Assembly (NCBI GenBank): GCA_944392865.1
Contig: CALXYD010000004.1
Coordinates: 1 to 60,724 of the forward strand
Length of the DNA stretch: 60,724 bases
From: an uncultured Alphaproteobacteria bacterium
Lineage (GTDB): Bacteria > Pseudomonadota > Alphaproteobacteria > RF32 > CAG-239
Direction: 5' to 3'
The notes beneath the pieces were generated by a model. That model was not told the origin of the DNA, made no database searches, and worked only from the letters and a program-made list of their open reading frames with translations. The first letter of the stretch is position 1. Each line of letters begins with the position of its first letter. The position numbers were made by a program, and so were the translations under genes. Below are positions 11,301 through 18,971 of this stretch, one piece after another.

Positions 11301-14300
11301 CGTTTTCATCAACATAGCCTATCGTATTGCCGTTAAAATCTTTAACAGAGCCGTCTTCGTCTATGTAACCGATAATATTGCCATCTTTATCATAAGCCAG
11401 ATTTTTTGCGTCACCGACACTTCCGATTATCTTGCCATCGACTCCGACAATATTTCCATCCTTGTCAACAACGCCTATGACATTGCCATTCTCGTCAATT
11501 ACCCGGCCATTCTCATCAACATAGCCAATAATATTGCCGTCTTTATCATACGCAAGTTTATGCTCCAATCCGGCTTTACCGATAATATTGCCGTCTTTAT
11601 CAACAATATTTCCGTCTTTATCAAGTTTACCGATAATATTTCCCTTAAAATCTTTAACCGTTCCATCCGGCTCAATATACCCGATGACTTTACCATTCTT
11701 ATCCAGAGCCAGTCGCCGCCCTTCGCCAATTTTACCGATAATTTCTCCATTAGCGCCGATGACATTACCATCTTTGTCGACATAGCCGACAACTTTTCCA
11801 TCCGGACCAATAACATTACCGTTTTCATCAACATAGCCGATAACGTTACCGTTTTTATCATAAGCAAGCTTTACGCTTTTACAAGCGGTGCAGATTATTT
11901 CGCCGACGGCAATAACTTCGCCTTTTTCGTTAACATAGCCAATGAGTTTGTTTTCTTTATCATAGGCAAAATTATTTGCCTTCATAAAGCCGATATGCTC
12001 GTTGCCATTGTTACGCAGCGTTTTATTATCCTTATCCAACCGCCCGATAATATTATGTTTGGCGGCTAAAACATTGCCTTTTGCGTCAACAAGTCCGATG
12101 ACTTTGTTTTCATTTCCGCGAACATAGTTTTTATCATCAACATAACCGATTATCATTTTGTCGGCGTTACTGACGACATTTAACATCACACCGGTTTTGC
12201 CAGCCAAGCGGCCGCGGGAATCGATAATATCCGTCCCTTTTCTCTGTCCTATAACCTTTCCAGAAAAGTCTTTAACAACATTTTTATCGTCAACATAACC
12301 TATTATTCCCTTTCCTTGCGTGCCATAGGCAACTCTTTTGCGAATACACGTCCTGCCGATTTTTTTGTCGCCGGCTTTGATTATATTGCCATTTTTATCA
12401 ACAAAGCCGATTATATTTCCTTTTTCATCTTTTACCCGCCCGTGTTCGTCAATATAACCGATAACATTGCCATTTTTATCCATCGCGACTCGATTGAAAT
12501 CCCCGGCTTTACCAATAATCCGCCCTTTGGTATCAACAATAGTCCCGTCTGCGGTCATTTTACCGATTAAGTTGCCTTTGAAGTCTTTAACCGTGCCATC
12601 CGGCGTCACATATCCTATAACATTGCCGTCTTTGTCATACGCCAAGCGCTTATAATTGCCGGCGCTCCCCAGAACTTCTCCGCTAGAGGCTATGATATTG
12701 CCGTTTTTATCAACCACGCCGATGATTTTGCCATCACAGTCAATAACTCTCTTTTTATCATCTATATATCCGATAAACACACCTTTGGAATTAAAGGCTA
12801 TTTCCTTTGTCTCTCCGACTTTGCCGATGACTTTGCCGCTTTTATCTACAACGTTGCCATTTTTATCGGCTGTACCCAAAGTTACGCCGCCGCACCCCTT
12901 AACAGTACCGTCAGAATCGACGTATCCGATAAATTTACCATTCAAATCATACGCCAACGGACGCGATGTTCCTGCTTTGCCGATTACTTTTCCGTTTGTA
13001 CCGATAATTTTCCCGTCGGCATCAACAAACCCTAACAGCTTTCCGTCCTTGCCGATAACGCGCCCATTTTCATCAACAATACCGATAACATTGCCGTTTT
13101 TATCATACGCCAATGTTGCATAATCGCCGGCTTTGCCTATTTTACGGCCGTTTTTATCAATAATTTCGCCTTTATCGTTGACCTTACCGATGATATTGCC
13201 CTCAAAATCAACAACGTTTCCGTTGTCATCTATGTAACCTATCGGTTTACCGTCTTTTCCTAAAGCAATCCGCTTACGGGCAACGCCGCTCTTGTCCTGT
13301 CCGGCTTCAATTATGTTGCCGTTTTCATCTACGGTTCCTATCAGCTTGCCATTTTTATCAAATACCCGCCCCTGCTCGTCTATGTAGCCGATTACTTTGC
13401 CATTTTTATCTAATGCCAAGCGACGGGTGGCGCCAGCTTTGCCAATTATTTTTCCGTTTTTATCAATGATATTTCCGTCTTTATCAACTTTGCCGATAAT
13501 GTTTCCGTCAAAATCCCTGACTGTTCCGTCCTTGTCAATATATCCGATAACATTGCCGTCTTTGTCCAAAGCCAAACGCCGACTGGCGCCGACTTTGCCG
13601 ATAACTTTCGGTTTATTTCCGTCTTTGGAAAACTTTACAACTTTACCATTTTCATCAATGTAACCGATGGCTTTGCCGTCTTTATCATAAACAATTTTCC
13701 GACTCTCGCCGTTTGCACCGATTTTTTCTTCTTCAACGCGGTAAACATTGCCGTTTTCATCAACATAGCCAACAATATTTCCGTCTTTATCCACCACGCT
13801 GTTATCCGGCATAACAACCCCAAGAACATTGCCGTTTTCATCAACAACGATATTTCCGGAAGACGTTACTTTTCCGATAACATTGCCGTTTTCATCCACG
13901 ACTTCGCCGTTTTCATTCAACCGGCCAATTACTTTTTTGGGGTCATTTATATCAACAACCGTTCCGTCAGGTAAAACGCGGCCAATAATTTTTCCGTTTT
14001 CATCATATACGAATCCGGCTTCTACGGCTTTGCCGATAACTTCGCCTTTGCTATTGACGATTGTCCCGTCCGGTAATGCTTTTCCGATAACTTCCCCTTG
14101 CAGGTCAACAACCGTTCCGTCTGTTTTGACATATCCGATAATGTTTCCGTCTTTATCATAGGCTAATTTCATATTTTGGGCAACACCGATGATATTTCCG
14201 TCTGCGTCAACAATCAGGCCGTCTTCATTAACTCTACCGATAATGTTGCCGTCTTTATCATGCACATTTCCGGCTTCATCAATATAGCCGATAATTTCTC

Positions 14301-14982
14301 CGTTCGGCCCGATAGCTAACCGATGCGCACCGACACCGCCGCTACCAATGGCGCACCCCGACGAAGCATCACATATCTGTTGAGAATCATCGGGAAATAC
14401 CGCACTACCTTTAATACTGACTTCTTCTGATTTTGCGCTTGATTCATCTAATCTTGTTTCATACCAGATAATTTTGAAATTGTTTTGCACATTGCCGGGG
14501 AAATGCGGCGTCCAGGAGATCAGCACATTACACGTTTCATCACCGCGCAAATCGCGATTGCGGCACTTATCCCTGAACTCAAAACCGTCTTCCGTTTCTT
14601 CTACCAATTCAACCCGGACAATATGGATACTTTCGCTGCCATCCGTACCGATAGTCAAAACACTCTGATTTTGCGTGTCTACGCCCAAAATAAACCGATT
14701 CATATTTATTTGCGAAGGCGTTACTTTTATGGGTTTTGCTCTTTCGGTAAAACCGGTTTCTTCCGTTTCTATAATTACAGGCTCTTCGGCAATAGACACA
14801 TCCGGAAGAATATCTTGATTTTCCACAAAATCCGGGGTGTTTTCTTCCGGGTTATACTGCTTAACTTCGGTGGAGATAATCAATAACCCAAACAGGAAGA
14901 AAAGCCCGGAAATAATTCCGATTATCAGAATTATCTTTCGGGTTTTTCTTTCATATTCTTCAAAACGGGTATTTTCGTTCAT
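8389..14982 (-). CDS. ~2197-aa membrane-anchored protein: N-terminal TM, Ig-like (ASH/choice-of-anchor-D-like) domain, ~1950 aa of beta-hairpin repeats
   Basis: Start re-placed at ATG 14982, giving an ATGA overlap with the virB9 stop. TM KIILIIGIISGLFFLFGLLII; CRNRDLRGDETCNVLISWTPHFPG Ig-like signature; very many DxxGxxIGxV units. Lies between virB9 and virB10. Confidence 0.85.
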   Translation of the reverse strand: MNENTRFEEYERKTRKIILIIGIISGLFFLFGLLIISTEVKQYNPEENTPDFVENQDILPDVSIAEEPVIIETEETGFTERAKPIKVTPSQINMNRFILGVDTQNQSVLTIGTDGSESIHIVRVELVEETEDGFEFRDKCRNRDLRGDETCNVLISWTPHFPGNVQNNFKIIWYETRLDESSAKSEEVSIKGSAVFPDDSQQICDASSGCAIGSGGVGAHRLAIGPNGEIIGYIDEAGNVHDKDGNIIGRVNEDGLIVDADGNIIGVAQNMKLAYDKDGNIIGYVKTDGTVVDLQGEVIGKALPDGTIVNSKGEVIGKAVEAGFVYDENGKIIGRVLPDGTVVDINDPKKVIGRLNENGEVVDENGNVIGKVTSSGNIVVDENGNVLGVVMPDNSVVDKDGNIVGYVDENGNVYRVEEEKIGANGESRKIVYDKDGKAIGYIDENGKVVKFSKDGNKPKVIGKVGASRRLALDKDGNVIGYIDKDGTVRDFDGNIIGKVDKDGNIIDKNGKIIGKAGATRRLALDKNGKVIGYIDEQGRVFDKNGKLIGTVDENGNIIEAGQDKSGVARKRIALGKDGKPIGYIDDNGNVVDFEGNIIGKVNDKGEIIDKNGRKIGKAGDYATLAYDKNGNVIGIVDENGRVIGKDGKLLGFVDADGKIIGTNGKVIGKAGTSRPLAYDLNGKFIGYVDSDGTVKGCGGVTLGTADKNGNVVDKSGKVIGKVGETKEIAFNSKGVFIGYIDDKKRVIDCDGKIIGVVDKNGNIIASSGEVLGSAGNYKRLAYDKDGNVIGYVTPDGTVKDFKGNLIGKMTADGTIVDTKGRIIGKAGDFNRVAMDKNGNVIGYIDEHGRVKDEKGNIIGFVDKNGNIIKAGDKKIGRTCIRKRVAYGTQGKGIIGYVDDKNVVKDFSGKVIGQRKGTDIIDSRGRLAGKTGVMLNVVSNADKMIIGYVDDKNYVRGNENKVIGLVDAKGNVLAAKHNIIGRLDKDNKTLRNNGNEHIGFMKANNFAYDKENKLIGYVNEKGEVIAVGEIICTACKSVKLAYDKNGNVIGYVDENGNVIGPDGKVVGYVDKDGNVIGANGEIIGKIGEGRRLALDKNGKVIGYIEPDGTVKDFKGNIIGKLDKDGNIVDKDGNIIGKAGLEHKLAYDKDGNIIGYVDENGRVIDENGNVIGVVDKDGNIVGVDGKIIGSVGDAKNLAYDKDGNIIGYIDEDGSVKDFNGNTIGYVDENGNILNNTGEIIGTAGKVGRLAYDKDGNVIGYVDEDGNVRDFNGNIIGKANPDGTITDQYGRVIGKVGKMAELAVDENGNVIGYIGEDGNVYKENGELLGFVDENGNIVGLTGEVLGKADIKKRLALDENGNVIGYIDDDGTVRDFNGNLIGYLGEDGTIHDKDGNIIGKAGDMAKVVVDENGNIIGYVDDKGRVIGNDGKTIGFVAADGTVYGTDGEVIGRLAEDGDGNLQVVRRRAILDENGNVIGYVDENGIAYDLNGKVIGKLQEDGTIKDANGNIIGRIGDYTEFTIDENGRVVGTVGGYANLAVDENGNVIGYVGADGKVYNADGLVIGYLDEEGNVITSRGIKIGAVIKKDMIPMSPNGYSLGAINNRGEVVNNKNEVIGKVLPSSLIRTAEGDNIIGKTVIGGLAVGWGCKQLGYVDRDARVKKDGQNTEYRMLFDRSIVDSNGDYAGDIAKIGWVRDEKCNIIGKAGQDGYVRNNDGGYVGCVNPDGSVLNPDGKVVGKVHEPAYALYYNGEMMGIVGNDGIVKSGNTAVGCANFEGEILNKDGFIIGEVVDKTQAYTLEGEFVNNLSPFGYDSTAVIPNTKILLGSLLVNPKKEIKGVLLPEKNIIVDANGKVIGHMFADGYVYNQQGIAVDKFVYDGSGFYARKTGRLLPKGNVVDMNGNYIGLVNDNGKVIDVLGTELGQIDAKGRMFDEKGNYKGGIVRTGVGIGYDGSYLGYVSKKGTVIDVDGNLSGYVGADGHVLNKNKQLVGEVIEENIVIDVQGNVKGYLNALGDIIGIDDKIETTVLPGGASNKNYSVLKRGVILNYSGHVIGQVAPDGSIISTDNQPIGRILSTGQAVNNKGVLIGEIIEGDIIISDEDKVIGYINAEGKALNFEHSVIGKVISSNLVVDNNGKIMGHTYKIGANILGNDGKYFGRLAPDGRVLSLTNGRIGYLKSNGSYVNGKNQVAGYVLDEVAQNRRN
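10450..13580 (-). repeat. Degenerate intragenic tandem repeat, 156-bp (52-aa) unit made of three ~17-aa subunits
   Basis: Consecutive units such as KLAYDKDGNIIGYVDENGRVIDENGNVIGVVDKDGNIVGVDGKIIGSVGDAK are 52 aa long. CTTTATCATA occurs at 11385 and 11541, 156 bp apart. Boundaries approximate. Confidence 0.85.
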
Positions 14983-17051
14983 TGCACTCTGACCACGCTG
15001 CAAAAGATTCCGTTACGTCCTAACTGGCTGCAGATATTATCTCCTTCCTCCAACGATTTGACCGGCCCTACGCGAAGGTGAAAGACCTCTTTTCCTTGTC
15101 CGTCGGCGGGCGTATCTACGGAATAGAACGGTTGGTATCTGCCAATTGTAGCCGAGTAATTTTTGGAAATATCGTTCCATAATTTTTCCAGATTATTGAC
15201 ATCCTCGTCCGTTCCCAATTCAATAGATATATTGCTGTCATTTACACTTTCAAAAACTTTCCCGTTACGAAATTCTTTCAGAAGTTCTTCCATTTCGGCA
15301 GTTAAGACCGTATTACCACCCTCAATATCTTCTTTAGGCGTAATCAATATCGGGCTGGAGTTATTTACAGAACCACCCATGGTTGGCGTATTGCTATTCG
15401 GCACGTTCGCAACATTATTTGTTGTTGCGGCGTGAGGCTGTTGAGTGTTGCCGCTTTTATTACCACTACCGGCAGATATGCCGTTTGCCCCACTCCCGGC
15501 TGAAGTTTCCGTTTGCGTATTTGTCGGAGCGGAAGGAATATTTATTCCCGGCGCCGGAGCAACAACCGGTGCAACTTTAGGCATAGAGTTAAGCATTGTT
15601 TCATCATTAAGGCTTGCGGAAGCAGCCGATTGCCCCATTGTCTTTGCGCCATTGCCTACACTATTTCCAACATTATTTCCATTAGCGCCTGCGTTATTGT
15701 ATCCGCCGTTGACAACATTGTTTCCTCCCTGGTTGTCGTTATTTTGCCTGAAATTTCCATTTCTCATGCCTGAATTATTTGCCGGCGGCACGGCACGTTG
15801 GCCGCTGATTATATCTTCATAACTTAATCCGCTATCTTCCGTTGCCGATCTGTTTGATGAACCGGCAAACGTATTATTGCCAAAGAAACCGACATTTGAG
15901 GATGAGCCTTTGCCTGATGCTTGTCCGCTATGACCATTTGTTCCGCCGACACCATAAACATCTTCATATTCGCCATCCGAACCATCTCCGGGTTGCGAGG
16001 CATAGGCATTTTGTAAATCCCATTCGTTTGTTTTGGCATAAATCGTATTTTCCAACCCATCCGAATCGGCGCGACGCAATTTTAAGCAGACAATTCTCTT
16101 TCCGCTACGCAACACCATATCCCCCATACCTTCAACAATTATCAGACGGTTATTGGGGCCGGCGGTGCGGAAACCTACCGGTGTTTCGGAACGTTCAACA
16201 ATCAGGGTTACAATCGGGCGCTGAATAGCCGTCAAAGCTTTATCGCCCAAGTCTATATAGGTAAATATGTTATCACGCCAAACACGTTCCGGGGCTATGA
16301 TTATATCGTCCGGATTTGGGACATACACTTCTATATCAAAACGGAATTTTGTCGGGTCAACAGGGATTTTTTCAATCCAGTCCTCTTTTTGAAGATTGCG
16401 CGTAAAGGTAGCATCTTCGCTACTTCCATCTGCGCTGTAATCGTTTGCGTTAAGATGACCGCCTCCGGCTCCTCCGCCCATGACGTCGGAAATTCCACCG
16501 CGTTTTTTTACAACCTCTATATCAATTATTGCATTAGTAATTCTGTCGGTATTAACAGTTTCGCTTTGAACATAGAACACATATTTGTTCCCGGAGCGAC
16601 CGAAGACAATCATATTGGTATCAACGCCGACAAACTGCGACGAATCAGGATAAACCAACAGGCTGGACGGCCCTTGTATTTCCGCGTTAAATGATTGGCC
16701 ATCACCGATATATACATTTTCAATTACTTCCCAACTCGGAAAATTGATGAGCGTATACATTCCTTCACGCACTCTTACCGGCAGAACAAGATCAGGCGTC
16801 CAATAATATTTGGTATATCCCGGCCGTGTCTGCCCTTCACCCATGTGTTGCAAAGGGTCTTTCCATGCGCTTTGCATCATTCCCAACGACCCCACGCCGC
16901 CTAAATAATTCAAATTTGTTGCCGCATAATTCCCCTGGCTCTGGTCAGCATTTTGATCCAGATTATCCTTAGTAACTTGCGCCAGAGCCACGTTTGCAAC
17001 CAGAACAGAAGCCAGAACCGTCAGAAAAAAGATATTCGCTATTTTTACCAT
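14979..17051 (-). CDS. virB9: VirB9/TrbG outer-membrane core protein fused to a C-terminal SPOR domain
   Basis: Signal peptide; VirB9 N-domain (VRVREGMYTLINFP..E.I..VYIGD, DTNMIVFG); C-domain (APERVWRDNIFTYID, MVLRSGKRIVCLK); Asn/Gly-rich linker; SPOR-like tail (IELGT...FHLRVGPVKSLEEGDNICSQLGRNGIFCSVV). Confidence 0.88.
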   Translation of the reverse strand: MVKIANIFFLTVLASVLVANVALAQVTKDNLDQNADQSQGNYAATNLNYLGGVGSLGMMQSAWKDPLQHMGEGQTRPGYTKYYWTPDLVLPVRVREGMYTLINFPSWEVIENVYIGDGQSFNAEIQGPSSLLVYPDSSQFVGVDTNMIVFGRSGNKYVFYVQSETVNTDRITNAIIDIEVVKKRGGISDVMGGGAGGGHLNANDYSADGSSEDATFTRNLQKEDWIEKIPVDPTKFRFDIEVYVPNPDDIIIAPERVWRDNIFTYIDLGDKALTAIQRPIVTLIVERSETPVGFRTAGPNNRLIIVEGMGDMVLRSGKRIVCLKLRRADSDGLENTIYAKTNEWDLQNAYASQPGDGSDGEYEDVYGVGGTNGHSGQASGKGSSSNVGFFGNNTFAGSSNRSATEDSGLSYEDIISGQRAVPPANNSGMRNGNFRQNNDNQGGNNVVNGGYNNAGANGNNVGNSVGNGAKTMGQSAASASLNDETMLNSMPKVAPVVAPAPGINIPSAPTNTQTETSAGSGANGISAGSGNKSGNTQQPHAATTNNVANVPNSNTPTMGGSVNNSSPILITPKEDIEGGNTVLTAEMEELLKEFRNGKVFESVNDSNISIELGTDEDVNNLEKLWNDISKNYSATIGRYQPFYSVDTPADGQGKEVFHLRVGPVKSLEEGDNICSQLGRNGIFCSVVRVQ

Positions 17052-17069
17052 AATGCCTATCCCAAAGCG

Positions 17070-17840
17070 TTAATTTGTTTTACGTTCAACCTGTCTGTAA
17101 TCCAACACCGTGAACCCCAGCGGATTTTTCAAGCGTTCGCCGAATCTTACCTTTTTGGCGCGATACATTATCTTTACAGAAGCTACCCAAACACTCAATC
17201 GCGGCGTTTCATATTCCGGCATCATATCTTCCACCCTAAATTCCACCTGCCACCAGGTTTCGCCCTTAGCACCGCCAACTTCGGTTACTGATGATATTTT
17301 TATATTACGCGTTATATTATGTTTTCTTATCAACTCCAACGCCGCATCGGCAAAATTTTTACGAAAGCTGTCATACACGCCGGTTGATGACATTTCTTGT
17401 ATCGTGCTGCCGGTTCCCCATCTTCTTTCCATCTCATCAATATCGTTTACGAGCGTATTGCGGAGCAAGATGTATTCACGCACAAATATCTCGGTCAAAT
17501 ATTTATGGTCGTAAATATTTTTTACCGGTTCAATTCTGTATATCTGGTCTTTTTTATCAGAAAAGCTGAACAAATACGGTTCAACACGGTAAAGCGGCAT
17601 AATAGCAAAAATAACGTAGGTCAAAATAAGATTGCAACACATACTCACGGCAAAGATGATTGCAAAAGCACGCGCCGTCCACAAATATCTCTTCTCCGTT
17701 GAGTTCTCTACCACGACATCTGCGTTGCGGCGGCGCTGAGCCCGCGCAGCGGCACCTGCCGGAGATGTCGGATGTCCGCCTTTTCCCTCAAGCAGCAGTT
17801 TTTTTGTTTTATCTGAAGATATTTGTTCCTGTCCGGCCAT
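17070..17840 (-). CDS. virB8: VirB8 family protein (copy adjacent to virB9)
   Basis: Single TM followed by MPLYRVEPY, FVREYILLR and C-terminal NPLGFTVLDYR. Confidence 0.9.
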   Translation of the reverse strand: MAGQEQISSDKTKKLLLEGKGGHPTSPAGAAARAQRRRNADVVVENSTEKRYLWTARAFAIIFAVSMCCNLILTYVIFAIMPLYRVEPYLFSFSDKKDQIYRIEPVKNIYDHKYLTEIFVREYILLRNTLVNDIDEMERRWGTGSTIQEMSSTGVYDSFRKNFADAALELIRKHNITRNIKISSVTEVGGAKGETWWQVEFRVEDMMPEYETPRLSVWVASVKIMYRAKKVRFGERLKNPLGFTVLDYRQVERKTN

Positions 17841-17856
17841 TTATCTGCCCTCTTTT

Positions 17857-18045
17857 CTAGCTCAGAGCCACAAACCAATCCGGCAGAGTTTTAGGCAATT
17901 CAACCTCTATACAGGCGCACGGCGACAGTTTTAATTCATATACATCCTTACCAATTCCGACAGGTTCCGGCTCATAATAATCGCCAATCAAACTGCAAGC
18001 GGCTAAAACAACTACGGCGAAAGCCAAAATTAAAGCTTTATACAT
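17857..18045 (-). CDS. virB7: Small lipoprotein, probable VirB7
   Basis: 62 aa, lipobox LAAC, later SPCAC; lies between two virB8 genes; GAGAGGGG RBS. Confidence 0.7.
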   Translation of the reverse strand: MYKALILAFAVVVLAACSLIGDYYEPEPVGIGKDVYELKLSPCACIEVELPKTLPDWFVALS

Positions 18046-18189
18046 AATACCCCTCTCTTTTAAATATTCTTTCTTTATATATTTAAATCTTTTAATTTTA
18101 AAAGTCTAACGAGAAAACAAATTGCCGCCACTTATCAACAGGCTATATTGTTTGTGAGGAGATTATATCAGAGCAATGCTTAATATTGA

Positions 18190-18948
18190 TTAAATGTCTA
18201 TTTCACTTTGGAAATAACTGTAAACGACAAAACCCAACGGATTTAACAGGCGACGGTAGGCCGTCCTGCGCCCGGGATCAACATAGCCACGAATATTCGC
18301 CGTCCAATACCTTTCCGTGATAACCGGCGTTACATCGCTCTTTCGGCTTATAAAATCGCTTTTAAATGTGTAGTCATAGGTTTTAAATTCTATCTTCCAG
18401 GTATTACTTTTTTCACCGCCGGTTCGTTCCACCGAAAGGATTTCCACCGAGCGGCTTGAATTATTTTCGGTCATTTCTTTTTGCAACAGCGGATAGACTT
18501 TTTCAAATTCTTTATACACATCATAGGTTGACAGATAGGATACAAGACCACCCCACAGCCAGCGATTGTTCATTTCCCTTTCGTCTTTAATATAAGTGTT
18601 GCGGAGCTCAACATATTGTTTCATAAAATTGACCATCATCTGCTCACGCGACTCCATCCAATGGTTAATATACTCCCTTTTTACAATGGATTTGGAATCG
18701 GATAGCACCACATACATCTGCGGATCAATCATTATTTCCGGTGCCAGTTTTTGAATAGCAAATGTTGTGCAGACGCCATATAAAAGGGAGCAAGTCGCAA
18801 GCAAGGCCATCAATCTCGCAATCCATTTATAGTAAACCATTTTTGCCCGACGTACTTCTACCACATCTTCGGTAATAAACTCCGGGGCTTCCCTTGTCTT
18901 TCCTTTATCGGTCAGACGGAGAATTTTCTGGTTTGCGATATTTGCCAT
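18190..18948 (-). CDS. virB8: VirB8 family protein (second paralog)
   Basis: Single TM, FMKQYVELRN, RSVEILSV, W.IEF and C-terminal NPLGFVVYSY; alignable by eye with 17070-17840. Confidence 0.85.
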   Translation of the reverse strand: MANIANQKILRLTDKGKTREAPEFITEDVVEVRRAKMVYYKWIARLMALLATCSLLYGVCTTFAIQKLAPEIMIDPQMYVVLSDSKSIVKREYINHWMESREQMMVNFMKQYVELRNTYIKDEREMNNRWLWGGLVSYLSTYDVYKEFEKVYPLLQKEMTENNSSRSVEILSVERTGGEKSNTWKIEFKTYDYTFKSDFISRKSDVTPVITERYWTANIRGYVDPGRRTAYRRLLNPLGFVVYSYFQSEIDI

Positions 18949-18971
18949 TGCCTGCGCTTATGCTCCTTTTT

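Noticed and set aside
11128-12069. 313-aa plus-strand ORF and other long ORFs opposite the repeat genes
   Set aside because: Antisense shadows of repetitive, biased coding sequence; no RBS or recognisable motifs.
10450-13580. Possible CRISPR array or non-coding tandem repeat
   Set aside because: Repeats are degenerate at synonymous positions, in frame within one ORF and lack unique spacers; no cas genes are present.
18046-18189. AT-rich gap between virB8 and virB7 as a CtrA site, sRNA or oriT
   Set aside because: TTAA pairs have 5-6 nt spacing rather than 7, and no convincing hairpin or nic-like motif was seen.
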